Source: Cryomorphaceae bacterium (GTDB lineage Bacteria; Bacteroidota; Bacteroidia; Flavobacteriales; Flavobacteriaceae). Taken from it: a DNA stretch of 64,000 nucleotides. Below the pieces are notes generated by a model. That model ran no database searches, was not told where the DNA came from, and worked only from the letters and a program-made list of their open reading frames with translations. Below, piece after piece: positions 19,646 to 29,912 of this stretch. The position numbers and the translations under genes were made by a program. Position 1 is the stretch's first letter. The number at the start of each line of letters is the position of its first letter. The DNA lies in NCBI GenBank assembly GCA_003331875.1, contig QOQA01000003.1:269-64268 (forward strand), in the 5' to 3' direction.

Positions 19646-20350
19646 ATGATTTACAACAGAATCTTACTCAAGCTAAGCGGAGAAGCACTTTTAGGTGATA
19701 AAAGTCATGGAATTGATCCAAAAACTATTAATAAATACAGTAAAGAGATTAAATCAATAGTAGATTTGGGTGTTGAGGTTTCCATTGTCATTGGGGGCGG
19801 TAATATTTTTAGAGGTTTATCAGGTGCAAATAATGGAATAGATCGTGTTCAAGGTGATTACATGGGTATGTTAGCCACTGTAATAAATGGTCTTGCCTTA
19901 CAAAGTAGTCTTGAAAAAATTGGATTACAAACTAGATTACAAACAGCAATTAATATGGAAGCTATAGCTGAACCATACATTAAAAGAAAAGCTGTTCGTC
20001 ATCTTGAAAAGAAAAGAATAGTGATTTTTGGTGCTGGCACAGGAAATCCATTTTTTACTACTGACTCAGCTGCTGTTTTGAGAGCTATTGAAATTGAAGC
20101 TAATGTGATTTTAAAGGGTACTCGTGTTGATGGAATTTATGACGACGATCCTGAAATAAATAAGAATGCAACAAAATTTAATGAACTTAAATATGACGAG
20201 GCAATTTCTAAGAACTTGAAGATAATGGACTCTACTGCATTCACGCTTAGTAAAGAAAATAAAATTCCCATAATTGTTTTTGATATAAACAAAACTGGTA
20301 ACTTAAAGAAAATAATTGAAGGAAAAATTATAGGAACAAAAGTTAAATAA
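19646..20350 (+). CDS. pyrH: UMP kinase
   Basis: RILLKLSGEAL, VIGGGNIFRG, VIFGAGTGNPFFTTDSAA. ATG at 19646, with a TTG one codon upstream. Confidence 0.96.
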   Translation: MIYNRILLKLSGEALLGDKSHGIDPKTINKYSKEIKSIVDLGVEVSIVIGGGNIFRGLSGANNGIDRVQGDYMGMLATVINGLALQSSLEKIGLQTRLQTAINMEAIAEPYIKRKAVRHLEKKRIVIFGAGTGNPFFTTDSAAVLRAIEIEANVILKGTRVDGIYDDDPEINKNATKFNELKYDEAISKNLKIMDSTAFTLSKENKIPIIVFDINKTGNLKKIIEGKIIGTKVK

Positions 20351-20352
20351 AA

Positions 20353-20904
20353 ATGGAAGAATTGGATTTTATAATTGAAACTACAAAGGAGCTGATGGAT
20401 GAATCAATAAAGTATTTAGAGAAAGAGTTACTCAATATTAGAGCTGGTAAAGCCAATCCCAATATGCTTTCAAGCGTAAAAGTTGAATACTATGGTTCAC
20501 TTACACCTTTGAATCAAATTTCAAACATAAGCACTCCAGATTCTCAAACAATTTCAATTCAACCATGGGAAAAAGATAAATTACAAGACATTGAAAAAGC
20601 TATTATAGACAGTAATTTGGGTTTTAATCCAATGAATAATGGGGAATCCATTTTAATTAATATTCCACCGTTAACTCAAGAAAGAAGGTTAGAGTTAGTT
20701 AAACTGGCAAAAAGTGAATCTGAAAATGCAAAGGTAAGTATAAGAAATTCTAGAAAAGATGCAAATAATGAAATTCGTAAATCAGAATTTTCTGAAGATG
20801 TAAGAGGAAATTTTGAATTAGATGTCCAGGATATTACAGATAATTACATAAAAAAAGTTGATGGTATTTTCTCATCAAAAGAAGCAGAAATTTTAAGATT
20901 ATAG
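20353..20904 (+). CDS. frr: Ribosome recycling factor
   Basis: 183 aa with LNIRAGKANPNML and PPLTQERR motifs. Confidence 0.96.
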   Translation: MEELDFIIETTKELMDESIKYLEKELLNIRAGKANPNMLSSVKVEYYGSLTPLNQISNISTPDSQTISIQPWEKDKLQDIEKAIIDSNLGFNPMNNGESILINIPPLTQERRLELVKLAKSESENAKVSIRNSRKDANNEIRKSEFSEDVRGNFELDVQDITDNYIKKVDGIFSSKEAEILRL

Positions 20905-20905
20905 G

Positions 20906-22339
20906 ATGTTAAAAGCCATTCCAATTAAAGATTTAAATGACCATAAATTAATAAATGAATCTGTCCACGTAAGTGGTTGGGTAAAAACATTTAGATCAAA
21001 TAGGTTTATTGCATTAAATGATGGATCAACAATTAATGACATTCAATGTGTAATTGATTTTGATGACAATAAAAATGATATAAATTTAATAACAACAGGC
21101 TCATCACTAGAGGTCTATGGAAAACTCGTTAAAAGCCTAGGAAAGGGACAAAAATTTGAAATCTTAGTTGACAAATTAAGTGTATTAGGCCCATCAAATA
21201 CCGAAAATTATCCAATTCAACCAAAAAGACACTCCTTTGAATTCCTTCGAGATAATGCTCATTTAAGAGTTAGGACAAAAACAATCAGCTCTGTCATTAG
21301 AATCAGATCTGAAATTTCTTATGCGATTCATAAATTTTTTAATGAAAATGGATTTTTTTACATTCATACACCGATAATAACTGGATCAGATGCTGAGGGT
21401 GCTGGAGAAATGTTTAGCGTAAGTACTCTAGATAAAAGTCATATTCCACAGAATCCTGATGGATCAATAGATTTTTCAAAAGATTTTTTTGGTAAAGAAA
21501 CACATTTAACTGTTTCAGGACAGCTTGAAGCTGAAGCTATGGCGTTAGGGTTAAGTAAAGTGTATACTTTTGGACCAACTTTCAGAGCTGAAAATTCAAA
21601 TACATCAAGACATCTTGCTGAATTTTGGATGATCGAACCTGAAATGGCTTTTTTTGATTTAAAGGATAATATTAATCTTGCAGAGCAGTTCATAAAATAT
21701 ATCCTAAGACATACTTATGAAAAATGTAATGATGATATTGAGTTTTTAAATGAAAGACTTTCCAAAGAGGAGATGTCTCTCCCTAAAGACAAAAGAAGTG
21801 AATTGTCACTCAAAGAAAAAATAGAATTTGTTATAAATAATGATTTTGTTAAATTACCTTATTCTGAGGCATTTGAAATTCTCAAAAATTGTAAGCCAAA
21901 TAAAAAAAATAAGTTTAAATATAAAATCGAAAATTGGGGTTGTGATCTTCAGAGTGAACATGAAAGATTTTTAGTTGAAAAACATTTCAAATGTCCTGTG
22001 GTAGTATTTGACTATCCTGCAAAAATCAAGGCATTCTACATGCGACTGAATGAAGATAATAAGACTGTTAGAGCAATGGATATTCTTTTCCCAGGAATTG
22101 GTGAGATTGTTGGTGGGTCACAAAGAGAAGAAAGATTAGATATTCTAGAGAAAAGAATAAAAGAATCAAATATTGATAGTAAAGAATTATGGTGGTATTT
22201 AGATCTAAGAAAGTACGGTTCAGTCAAGCATAGTGGTTTTGGATTGGGACTTGAGAGATTAATTCTTTTTATCACTGGAATGAATAACATTAGGGATGTA
22301 ATACCTTTTCCTAGAACACCAAAGAATGCTGATTTCTAA
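20906..22339 (+). CDS. asnS: Asparagine--tRNA ligase
   Basis: Class IIb aaRS with an N-terminal OB domain, FRAENSNTSRHLAEFWMIEPE and GFGLGLERL. Confidence 0.95.
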   Translation: MLKAIPIKDLNDHKLINESVHVSGWVKTFRSNRFIALNDGSTINDIQCVIDFDDNKNDINLITTGSSLEVYGKLVKSLGKGQKFEILVDKLSVLGPSNTENYPIQPKRHSFEFLRDNAHLRVRTKTISSVIRIRSEISYAIHKFFNENGFFYIHTPIITGSDAEGAGEMFSVSTLDKSHIPQNPDGSIDFSKDFFGKETHLTVSGQLEAEAMALGLSKVYTFGPTFRAENSNTSRHLAEFWMIEPEMAFFDLKDNINLAEQFIKYILRHTYEKCNDDIEFLNERLSKEEMSLPKDKRSELSLKEKIEFVINNDFVKLPYSEAFEILKNCKPNKKNKFKYKIENWGCDLQSEHERFLVEKHFKCPVVVFDYPAKIKAFYMRLNEDNKTVRAMDILFPGIGEIVGGSQREERLDILEKRIKESNIDSKELWWYLDLRKYGSVKHSGFGLGLERLILFITGMNNIRDVIPFPRTPKNADF

Positions 22340-22357
22340 ATATAAAGCGATATTTTG

Positions 22358-22365
22358 TAATTTTG
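22358..22365 (+). promoter_or_regulatory. -7 box-like motif (TAATTTTG) just upstream of rpoN
   Basis: Matches TAnnTTTG and ends 6 nt before ATG 22372. Confidence 0.25.
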
Positions 22366-22371
22366 ATTATA

Positions 22372-23814
22372 ATGCTTAATCAGAAACTACAATTAAAACT
22401 ATCTCAAAAACTATCTCCACAGCAAATTCAGTTGATGAAGTTAATTCAGTTATCAACGCAAGAATTTGAACAAAGACTTTCTAGAGAAGTTGAAGAAAAT
22501 CCAGCGCTGGATACATCCCAAGATGAAATCGAAGGAAATTCTGAATTTGAAAATGATTCACCAAGTTCCGATGAATCTGATTATGATGAAATTGATGTAA
22601 ATGACTATCTATCAGATGATGATATTCCTGACTACAAGTTAAAAACAAATAACTACAGCGAAGATAATGAAAAGGATATACCTTTCACATCTGGTGAATC
22701 TTTTAACCAATATCTAAAGACACAATTACACTCATTTTCATTAAAAGATGAAGATTTAATTGTTGCTGAATTTATAATTGGAAGTTTGGATCCTTTTGGG
22801 TATTTAAGAAGAGATATAATTGATATTTCTGACGATTTAATTTTTACTCTTGGAATAAATTTTTCTGAAAAACAAATACAAAAAATACTTGACAAAATTT
22901 ATTTATTAGATCCAGCGGGTGTTGGTGCAAAAAATTTACAACAATGTTTAGAATTACAGTTAATTAGAAAACCTAAAACTCAAGTAGTTGATTTAGCATT
23001 AAAGATTATTAAAAATCATTTTGATCAATTTTCAAAAAAACACTTTGATAAAATTAAGACAAAGTTGAATATTGATGAAGATCTTTTAAAAAGATCTGTC
23101 CAGGAAATTGAGAAATTGAACCCCAGACCTGGTGGATCATACAATGAAAACAGTAAATTAAATTCTTCTATTGTTCCTGATTTTACAATTAAAATTATTG
23201 ATGGAGAGCTAAAATTAGAGTTAAATTCAAGAAATGCACCTGAATTATTTGTTTCAAGTGAATATAAAAACATGCTTCAGGGATATAATGAAAGTAAAAC
23301 AAAAAATAAAAATCAAAAAGATGCGGTCATTTTTATAAAACAGAAATTAGACTCTGCAAAGTGGTTTATTGATGCTATTAAACAAAGAAATCAAACACTT
23401 ATTTATACAATGACAGCAATACTTAATTTTCAAAAAAAATATTTTTTGAGTGGTGATGAGAGTAAAATTAAACCCATGATTTTAAAAGATATTGCTGAAA
23501 CAATAAACATGGATATTTCAACAATATCACGAGTGGCAAATTCAAAGTATGTTGATACTCCGTATGGTATTAAACTAATAAAAACATTTTTTTCAGAGGG
23601 AATAAAAAACTCTAAAGGAGAAGAAATTTCTACGATTGAAGTTAAAAAATCCCTTGAAGAAATTATTTTTAATGAAGATAAAAAATTACCCCACACTGAT
23701 GACCAACTAACCAAACTACTAAATGGCAAAGGCTATCCAATAGCAAGAAGAACAGTAGCAAAATACAGAGAAATGATAGGCGCGCCTGTAGCTCGGTTAA
23801 GAAAAAAGCTTTAA
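22372..23814 (+). CDS. rpoN: RNA polymerase sigma-54 factor
   Basis: N-terminal LQLKLSQKLSPQQIQLMKL, an acidic linker, and a C-terminal RpoN box ARRTVAKYRE. Confidence 0.95.
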   Translation: MLNQKLQLKLSQKLSPQQIQLMKLIQLSTQEFEQRLSREVEENPALDTSQDEIEGNSEFENDSPSSDESDYDEIDVNDYLSDDDIPDYKLKTNNYSEDNEKDIPFTSGESFNQYLKTQLHSFSLKDEDLIVAEFIIGSLDPFGYLRRDIIDISDDLIFTLGINFSEKQIQKILDKIYLLDPAGVGAKNLQQCLELQLIRKPKTQVVDLALKIIKNHFDQFSKKHFDKIKTKLNIDEDLLKRSVQEIEKLNPRPGGSYNENSKLNSSIVPDFTIKIIDGELKLELNSRNAPELFVSSEYKNMLQGYNESKTKNKNQKDAVIFIKQKLDSAKWFIDAIKQRNQTLIYTMTAILNFQKKYFLSGDESKIKPMILKDIAETINMDISTISRVANSKYVDTPYGIKLIKTFFSEGIKNSKGEEISTIEVKKSLEEIIFNEDKKLPHTDDQLTKLLNGKGYPIARRTVAKYREMIGAPVARLRKKL

Positions 23815-24704
23815 TGCCTGGACTATCGATCATAATTGTTAATTACAAATCATGGTCAGTACTTGAGAAATGTATTGAGAGTATCTCTTCACAAAAAATA
23901 AATTCTAATGAAATTATAATAGTTGATAATAACTCTAACGATAATTTTATAAAAGAGTTCAAAAAAAAATATAGTAAGTACAAATGGATTGTAAATGATA
24001 AAAACTTAGGTTTTTCTAAAGCATGTAATATAGGGGCTAAAGCTGCTAAATATGACCAATACGTTTTTTTAAACCCTGATACTGAACTTGGGGAAAACTG
24101 TCTAATTCAACTCAAATTAAATATTGTTAATTATCCAAGCTCGATTATTTCAATTAGTCAATTAGATTCAAATGGTGATATAACTTTCCCTTATGGGAAA
24201 TTTTTGAGTATTAAAACATTTAACGGAACCATAAGGTTACTATTTAGGTTTTTAAAATTTGAAAATAGGTCAGAGGATAATAAAAAACCTTTGCTTAGAC
24301 CTGATTGGGTTTCAGGTTCATTTTTATCCATTGATAAGAAAAGTTTTAATAAGCTTGGGGGATGGGATGAAGATTATTGGATGTACTATGAAGATATGGA
24401 TTTATGTAAAAGAGCTAAAAATATTGGAATGGAAATTATATTAATTAATTCAATTTCATGCACTCATCATCATGGTAAATCTTCAAGGATAGACCTAACA
24501 ACAACTGTTAAAACTAAGACTTACCTAATCAGGTCTGGAATTATTTTTATTAACAAACACTACAGTGGCTATTCTCAAAAGATATTAAAATTTTTATTTA
24601 TTAGTTCAAGAATTACTGAGTACGTATTATTGAGTCCTTTTTCAAAACTAAAAAGACTTTTACTTTATAATCTAGTTTTTAATTTCCGAGTAAAAGAGTT
24701 CTAG
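23814..24704 (+). CDS. Family 2 glycosyltransferase
   Basis: SIIIVNYKS...IIIVDNNSND...FLNPD...YYEDMDLC is a GT-A fold signature. Its ATG overlaps the rpoN stop (TAATG). Confidence 0.85.
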   Translation: MPGLSIIIVNYKSWSVLEKCIESISSQKINSNEIIIVDNNSNDNFIKEFKKKYSKYKWIVNDKNLGFSKACNIGAKAAKYDQYVFLNPDTELGENCLIQLKLNIVNYPSSIISISQLDSNGDITFPYGKFLSIKTFNGTIRLLFRFLKFENRSEDNKKPLLRPDWVSGSFLSIDKKSFNKLGGWDEDYWMYYEDMDLCKRAKNIGMEIILINSISCTHHHGKSSRIDLTTTVKTKTYLIRSGIIFINKHYSGYSQKILKFLFISSRITEYVLLSPFSKLKRLLLYNLVFNFRVKEF

Positions 24705-26477
24705 CTTTAATCTTTTGTCATAATTTGATTGGTCTGGCTCTGGACCATGTAATACAGTTCCGAGAGGGTTCACTACAGAAGATTGTGGAACAGATTCTAA
24801 TCCAGAACCTCCCTTAAGTTCAGTAGAAAAAATATTTGTAATGTTGGAAGATAAAACAAGACCGAGTTTTTTGTTTGTAGAATCCTTTCTGACAATATTT
24901 TTTACGTGTTCTGATATTCTAATTTTATATTTAATTCCTAGTTGATCAGAGTCAACCTCAAGAATTCCTCCATGATTAGTTTTCCTTTCAGAACTCCTAG
25001 GTCCCTGTGTATCGTCAATGTAGTAATCAACTAATGGTAAGTTTGAATCTAAATCGTATAAATATATTCTAAAAGGTTCTATTAAACCACCATTTAAATC
25101 AACAGTTTCACGATCAACATAAAATGTTAAATTAGCTTCATTAATTAACCATGGCCTAGATTTAATATCTTCTAATAGATCATTACCTTGGCTATCTTTA
25201 AACAAATCTATTTCTGCCATTAAACCTTCTCCGCCCTTTAAGTAAATTTTGGATAAATTATTTGATGAATTTATATTGGTAATGATTTCAGATGAGAAGA
25301 GATCTTTTTTAATTAGGTTGATTTTATTACCAAAAAGAGTGATTTTATAGTCTTTTGATTCTCTATCAATTGTATCATCAGTTAAATCTTCGTCTGTATT
25401 ATTTTTATTATACTTATCATATTCATAGTTAATTACAATCTCTGAAGAATCAAAATCTAAAATCATCAAAAGAGGATCCGAAAAATCATAAGCGTTTACA
25501 TATATTCCTTTAAAATATAAGTTAAAATTATCAAGGTTAGCTAGGTCAATGGACCCCTCTTTTTCGATAATTTTTGACTGAAAAAATTCAGAGTTTAATG
25601 GAACTCTAATTCTTGGAGATAGCCTTTCCTTGATTTCTTCTGACTCATCAATATCAGTTGTCTCAGGATCATCTTCCCTATAGATTATCAATTCATTTTT
25701 ATCAATTTGAACTTCTCCATCAAAAAGAACTTGTCCGGCAAAGTTTTCCAAGATATTATTATCATTGTAATATCTTTGGCGAGTTTCGAAATTATTTGTT
25801 GGATCATATTCACGTAAATAATAATCCATTTCTTGGATTTTCAATTTGAATGCATCATCAAAGTTTCCTAATAATGAATCCACATCATAAACAGTTGCTC
25901 CTGAATTTGGATTAATCGTATCATCATCTTGCCCGTCAGGAATTCCATCACCATCTGTATCGGGATTTAAAGGATCTGTTCCGTTAGCTCTTTCAGCAGA
26001 ATCCGATACACCATCTCCATCACTGTCGCTATTAACATCATTATCATCAACATCATAAAAATCAATTACACCATCTCCGTCTCTATCATTTCTGTTATTA
26101 AAGAATGGGATATCAAGGTAAACAGTCTTAACCAGCTCATTTTCTTCTATGACAGTAATATTAGCTAGATCTCCAGAATTTTCTTTTTCCTGAGTAGCAA
26201 TACCAAAAGCAGGATTATATTGTGATAGCTTTATTTGAGTAATAAAGGATGATGTAGTACTACCAAAAATATTATCTCTAATTTCACCGATTTGATATAT
26301 AGGTAGGTTTGTAGTATTGAAAGGATTTATAGTTTTTTGAGATGCATACACATCAATGTTTTCTACTTTTGTCTCAAAGGAGTCATCTTTCAGAATTTCT
26401 GTTCCAATAGAATTAAACTCTTTAGTACATGAAAACAAAAAAAGGAATAGGGAAAATATTAAGAATTTTTTATTCAT
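24672..26477 (-). CDS. DUF4270-family lipoprotein with an acidic thrombospondin-type-3-like Ca-binding repeat insert
   Basis: Lipobox LFSC, a D-x-D-x-D-G repeat run (DRDGDGVIDF...DSDGDGVSD...DTDGDGIPD), and a conserved flavobacterial position beside the GlgA-like gene and panC. Confidence 0.75.
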   Translation of the reverse strand: MNKKFLIFSLFLFLFSCTKEFNSIGTEILKDDSFETKVENIDVYASQKTINPFNTTNLPIYQIGEIRDNIFGSTTSSFITQIKLSQYNPAFGIATQEKENSGDLANITVIEENELVKTVYLDIPFFNNRNDRDGDGVIDFYDVDDNDVNSDSDGDGVSDSAERANGTDPLNPDTDGDGIPDGQDDDTINPNSGATVYDVDSLLGNFDDAFKLKIQEMDYYLREYDPTNNFETRQRYYNDNNILENFAGQVLFDGEVQIDKNELIIYREDDPETTDIDESEEIKERLSPRIRVPLNSEFFQSKIIEKEGSIDLANLDNFNLYFKGIYVNAYDFSDPLLMILDFDSSEIVINYEYDKYNKNNTDEDLTDDTIDRESKDYKITLFGNKINLIKKDLFSSEIITNINSSNNLSKIYLKGGEGLMAEIDLFKDSQGNDLLEDIKSRPWLINEANLTFYVDRETVDLNGGLIEPFRIYLYDLDSNLPLVDYYIDDTQGPRSSERKTNHGGILEVDSDQLGIKYKIRISEHVKNIVRKDSTNKKLGLVLSSNITNIFSTELKGGSGLESVPQSSVVNPLGTVLHGPEPDQSNYDKRLKLELFYSEIKN

Positions 26478-27279
26478 CTAACATGGAATTATAAAATTCT
26501 AAATATTTATTTTCATAGTCATCATCACTACTACTACAAACCAAAGTTGGTGTGTCATTTTTAATAAGTCCATTGAATTCTTCTTTAACAGGTTTGGATG
26601 TAAACACAACACCGTCCGCTTGAGTTAAGGATAGTTTATATAATTCCTCATAGGTTGGTGTTTTAAGTAAATTCAAGTTTTCATCAACAATCTCATCAAA
26701 CTGAATCTTTTTTAGAAAATTTTTATCAAATTTTCCTGAAAGCCTATCTTCATAGACTGAAACAATCGTCTTTGTATTACTAAAAATAGGATCATCTTTA
26801 TAGTAGTGTTTAATATAAAGGGGTATTAATGAAGAAATCCATCCATGAACATGGACTAAATTTGGGGCCCAATTTAATTTCTTAATAGTTTCAATGATAC
26901 CCTTAGCATAAAAAATAGCTCTTTCATCATTATCTTTATAAAGACTTCCTTTATCATCAAAAAAGATATTACGTCCCTTGAAATAATCCTCGCTATCAAT
27001 AAAATATACTTGCATTCTTTCCTTAGGAATTGAGGCTACTTTAATTATCAAAGGCATATCCATGTCATTAATAATTAAATTAATTCCTGAAAGCCTTATC
27101 ACTTCATGAAGCTGATGTCTCCTTTCGTTAATTACACCATATTTTGGAATAAATATTCTTGTTTGACCTTCATTATCATTTACAAGTTTAGGAAGTTTAT
27201 AGGTCATTGAGGAAAGCTCAGTTTGAGGCATATAGGGAATAACCTCTGAAGAAATAAATAAGATTTTCTTTCCTTTCAT
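26470..27279 (-). CDS. Half-size glycogen/starch synthase-like protein (GT5 N-terminal domain only)
   Basis: KILFISSEVIPYMP... resembles the GlgA N-domain, but the protein is about 270 aa and lacks the KTGGL motif. ATG 27279 was chosen because the longer ORF (to 27441) would overlap the panC promoter and gene. Confidence 0.75.
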   Translation of the reverse strand: MKGKKILFISSEVIPYMPQTELSSMTYKLPKLVNDNEGQTRIFIPKYGVINERRHQLHEVIRLSGINLIINDMDMPLIIKVASIPKERMQVYFIDSEDYFKGRNIFFDDKGSLYKDNDERAIFYAKGIIETIKKLNWAPNLVHVHGWISSLIPLYIKHYYKDDPIFSNTKTIVSVYEDRLSGKFDKNFLKKIQFDEIVDENLNLLKTPTYEELYKLSLTQADGVVFTSKPVKEEFNGLIKNDTPTLVCSSSDDDYENKYLEFYNSMLDE

Positions 27280-27367
27280 AAATCCTAACAATATTAGGTT
27301 GTCAAAATTACAAAATTTATATAAGATTGACACCAAATTATTAAGTTTGCAATCGCATTTGTATTTG

Positions 27368-28225
27368 ATGACTACAATTAAAAAACTTAGAGAATTAGAG
27401 ATAATATTAAATAAATCAACTGGAAAAAAAGTTTTGGGCATGGTTCCAACTATGGGCTCCTTACACGAGGGTCATATTTCACTTGTTAATAGGGCGGTTA
27501 AAATGTGTGACGAAGTCTGGGTTTCTATATTTGTAAATCCAGCCCAGTTCAATGATATTAATGACTATAAAAAATACCCTGTAGACCTAAAAAAAGATAT
27601 TGATAATATTAAATCTATAAACCAAAATATAAATATATTTATTCCTAATGTTAATGATATTTATGGGGCAAAAATTGTAAAAGATAAATTTGATTTTCAA
27701 AAAGTTGATAAAGTCTTAGAGGGTATTAAAAGGCCTGGACACTTTAACGGCGTTGGGACAATCGTAAAAAAGCTTTTTGAAATTTTTAAACCCAATCTTG
27801 TGTTTTTTGGAGAAAAAGATTTTCAGCAAACTATAATAGTCCAAAAAATAATAGATAATTATTTTAAAAATATTAAAATGATTGTTTGTCCAACAGTCAG
27901 GTCTGAAGACGGTTTAGCACTGAGTTCAAGAAACTCTTTATTATCAAAAGATGCAAAAAAAAATATTTCAGCTATTTACGATTCATTATTGTTTGCAAAA
28001 CAAAATTTTAATAAATTTTCAGACAATGACTTAAAGAGCATAATCAAAAATAAAATTGAAAAAAATACAGGGTATATTCTCGATTATTTTGAATTAAGGT
28101 GTTCCAAAACCCTAAGATTTTGTAATAGAAAAAATATTAAAAAATGCTGTTGTAGAGCATTTATTTGTGTTATTGTAGATGGTGTTCGATTAATAGATAA
28201 TTTAGTAATGACAAATGAAAATTGA
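27368..28225 (+). CDS. panC: Pantoate--beta-alanine ligase
   Basis: GMVPTMGSLHEGHISLV, FGEKDFQQ, SSRN. ATG at 27368 (MTTIKKLR). Confidence 0.94.
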   Translation: MTTIKKLRELEIILNKSTGKKVLGMVPTMGSLHEGHISLVNRAVKMCDEVWVSIFVNPAQFNDINDYKKYPVDLKKDIDNIKSINQNINIFIPNVNDIYGAKIVKDKFDFQKVDKVLEGIKRPGHFNGVGTIVKKLFEIFKPNLVFFGEKDFQQTIIVQKIIDNYFKNIKMIVCPTVRSEDGLALSSRNSLLSKDAKKNISAIYDSLLFAKQNFNKFSDNDLKSIIKNKIEKNTGYILDYFELRCSKTLRFCNRKNIKKCCCRAFICVIVDGVRLIDNLVMTNEN

Positions 28226-28559
28226 AGTTTTAAAATCAAAAATTCACAGAGTTAAAGTTACTGGCGCTAATGTTAATTATATTGGAAGTATTTCAATTGA
28301 TGAAGCTTTGATGGATGCTTCCAATATTGTTGTTGGGGAAAAAGTCCAGGTATTAAGTTTAACTAACGGAGAAAGGTTGGAAACCTATGTTATAAAAGGT
28401 AAAAAAGATTCTGGTGATATTTCTATAAATGGTCCAGCAGCAAAGAAAATCAACAAAAATGATGAGGTGATTATAGTAAGCTATGCATTGATAGATTTTA
28501 ATCAGGCTAAAGGCTTTAATCCAACTATTATTTTTCCAAAAAAAGGAAATTCAATTTAA
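28215..28559 (+). CDS. panD: Aspartate 1-decarboxylase
   Basis: LKSKIHRVKVTGANVNYIGSISID contains the self-processing Gly-Ser site. Overlaps panC by 11 nt. Confidence 0.95.
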   Translation: MKIEVLKSKIHRVKVTGANVNYIGSISIDEALMDASNIVVGEKVQVLSLTNGERLETYVIKGKKDSGDISINGPAAKKINKNDEVIIVSYALIDFNQAKGFNPTIIFPKKGNSI

Positions 28560-29912
28560 ATGATACCAACTCAAAAAATTTATAGTTGTAAAATTTGTGG
28601 AGCAAAATATCCAAAATGGTTGGGTCAGTGCGTTAAGTGCGGATCGTGGAACTCAATTCAAGAAGAGTTTGTAAAAAAAAGTCCTAAAAATGATTTAATT
28701 AAATCTGAGGGAGTTGTAAAGAAAATAAATGAAATTGAAAGTTTAGAAAATGAGAGAATAAAATTTAATGACAATGAATTTAACAGGGTTTTAGGCAGTG
28801 GATTAGTTCGTGGCTCTGTGGTATTAATTTCTGGTGAACCTGGAATAGGTAAATCAACTATCCTATTGCAAAACTCCATTAATTCACTAGAAAGTGTTCT
28901 TTATGTTTCTGGTGAAGAAAGTGCTGAACAATTAAAACTTCGAGCTGAAAGAATTTCAGAAAATCCAAAAAATTGCTACGTATTAACTGAAACTAATCTT
29001 GAAATAATATTAAAAAATATTAATAAAATTAAACCTAGTGTAGTTGTGTTGGACTCAATACAAACAGTTCAAACTGATTTATTTGATAACAGTCCTGGAA
29101 GTACAACTCAGATAAAAGAATGCACAAGTATTTTAATTAAACTTGCTAAAAGTACTGGTGTTCCTGTTTTAATTGTAGGTCATATAACTAAGGATGGAAA
29201 TATAGCCGGACCAAAAATATTAGAGCACATGGTGGACGCTGTTTTACATTTTGAAGGTGATAAACAACATCAATTTAGGATTTTGCGTTCTAAAAAAAAC
29301 AGGTTTGGATCTACAAACGAAATTGGAATTTACCAAATGAATGAAAAAGGTTTACAAATAGTAGTAAATCCTAGTGAATTATTTGTTTCAAAAAAAGAAA
29401 ACTCTGAGTCTGGTTCTACAATTGCTGTTACACTTGATGGTGATAGGTCAATTATGATTGAGGTACAAGCATTAGTTAGTAGTGCTGTTTATGGAACTCC
29501 ACAAAGAATTTCAAATGGGTTTAATTCCAAAAGATTGAATATGCTATTAGCAATACTTGAAAAAAAGGCAGGATTTAAAATAGGAGTAAAAGATGTTTTC
29601 ATTAATATTACAGGTGGAATAAAAATAGAAGATACAGCCATTGATTTAGCAGTTATAGCAGCAATATTGTCTTCAAATATTAATATTGCTATTAATAGTG
29701 ATACTTGTTTTTGTGCAGAAGTAGACCTATCGGGTGAATTAAGAAGTGTTAGTAATATTGATAAACGTATTTCTGAAGCTGAGAGATTGGGTTATAAAAA
29801 AATTATTATATCAAATAATTCAAAAATTGGATATATTACCAACTCAATCCAAACCTTTAAATTGAAGAATCTTTCGCAAGTTGTTAAAGAAATTTTTAAG
29901 GAGAAGGATTAG
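28560..29912 (+). CDS. radA: DNA repair protein RadA
   Basis: Zn ribbon CKICGAKYPKWLGQCVKCGSWNS, Walker A GEPGIGKST, KNRFG, and a Lon-like C-terminal domain. Confidence 0.95.
   Translation: MIPTQKIYSCKICGAKYPKWLGQCVKCGSWNSIQEEFVKKSPKNDLIKSEGVVKKINEIESLENERIKFNDNEFNRVLGSGLVRGSVVLISGEPGIGKSTILLQNSINSLESVLYVSGEESAEQLKLRAERISENPKNCYVLTETNLEIILKNINKIKPSVVVLDSIQTVQTDLFDNSPGSTTQIKECTSILIKLAKSTGVPVLIVGHITKDGNIAGPKILEHMVDAVLHFEGDKQHQFRILRSKKNRFGSTNEIGIYQMNEKGLQIVVNPSELFVSKKENSESGSTIAVTLDGDRSIMIEVQALVSSAVYGTPQRISNGFNSKRLNMLLAILEKKAGFKIGVKDVFINITGGIKIEDTAIDLAVIAAILSSNINIAINSDTCFCAEVDLSGELRSVSNIDKRISEAERLGYKKIIISNNSKIGYITNSIQTFKLKNLSQVVKEIFKEKD

Noticed and set aside
27280-27441. Long N-terminal extension of the GlgA-like ORF (323-aa version), and the matching upstream extension of the panC ORF from 27299.
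   Set aside because: The two extensions overlap each other on opposite strands, are not conserved-looking, and would remove the divergent promoter region. Internal ATGs at 27279 and 27368 give canonical N-termini.
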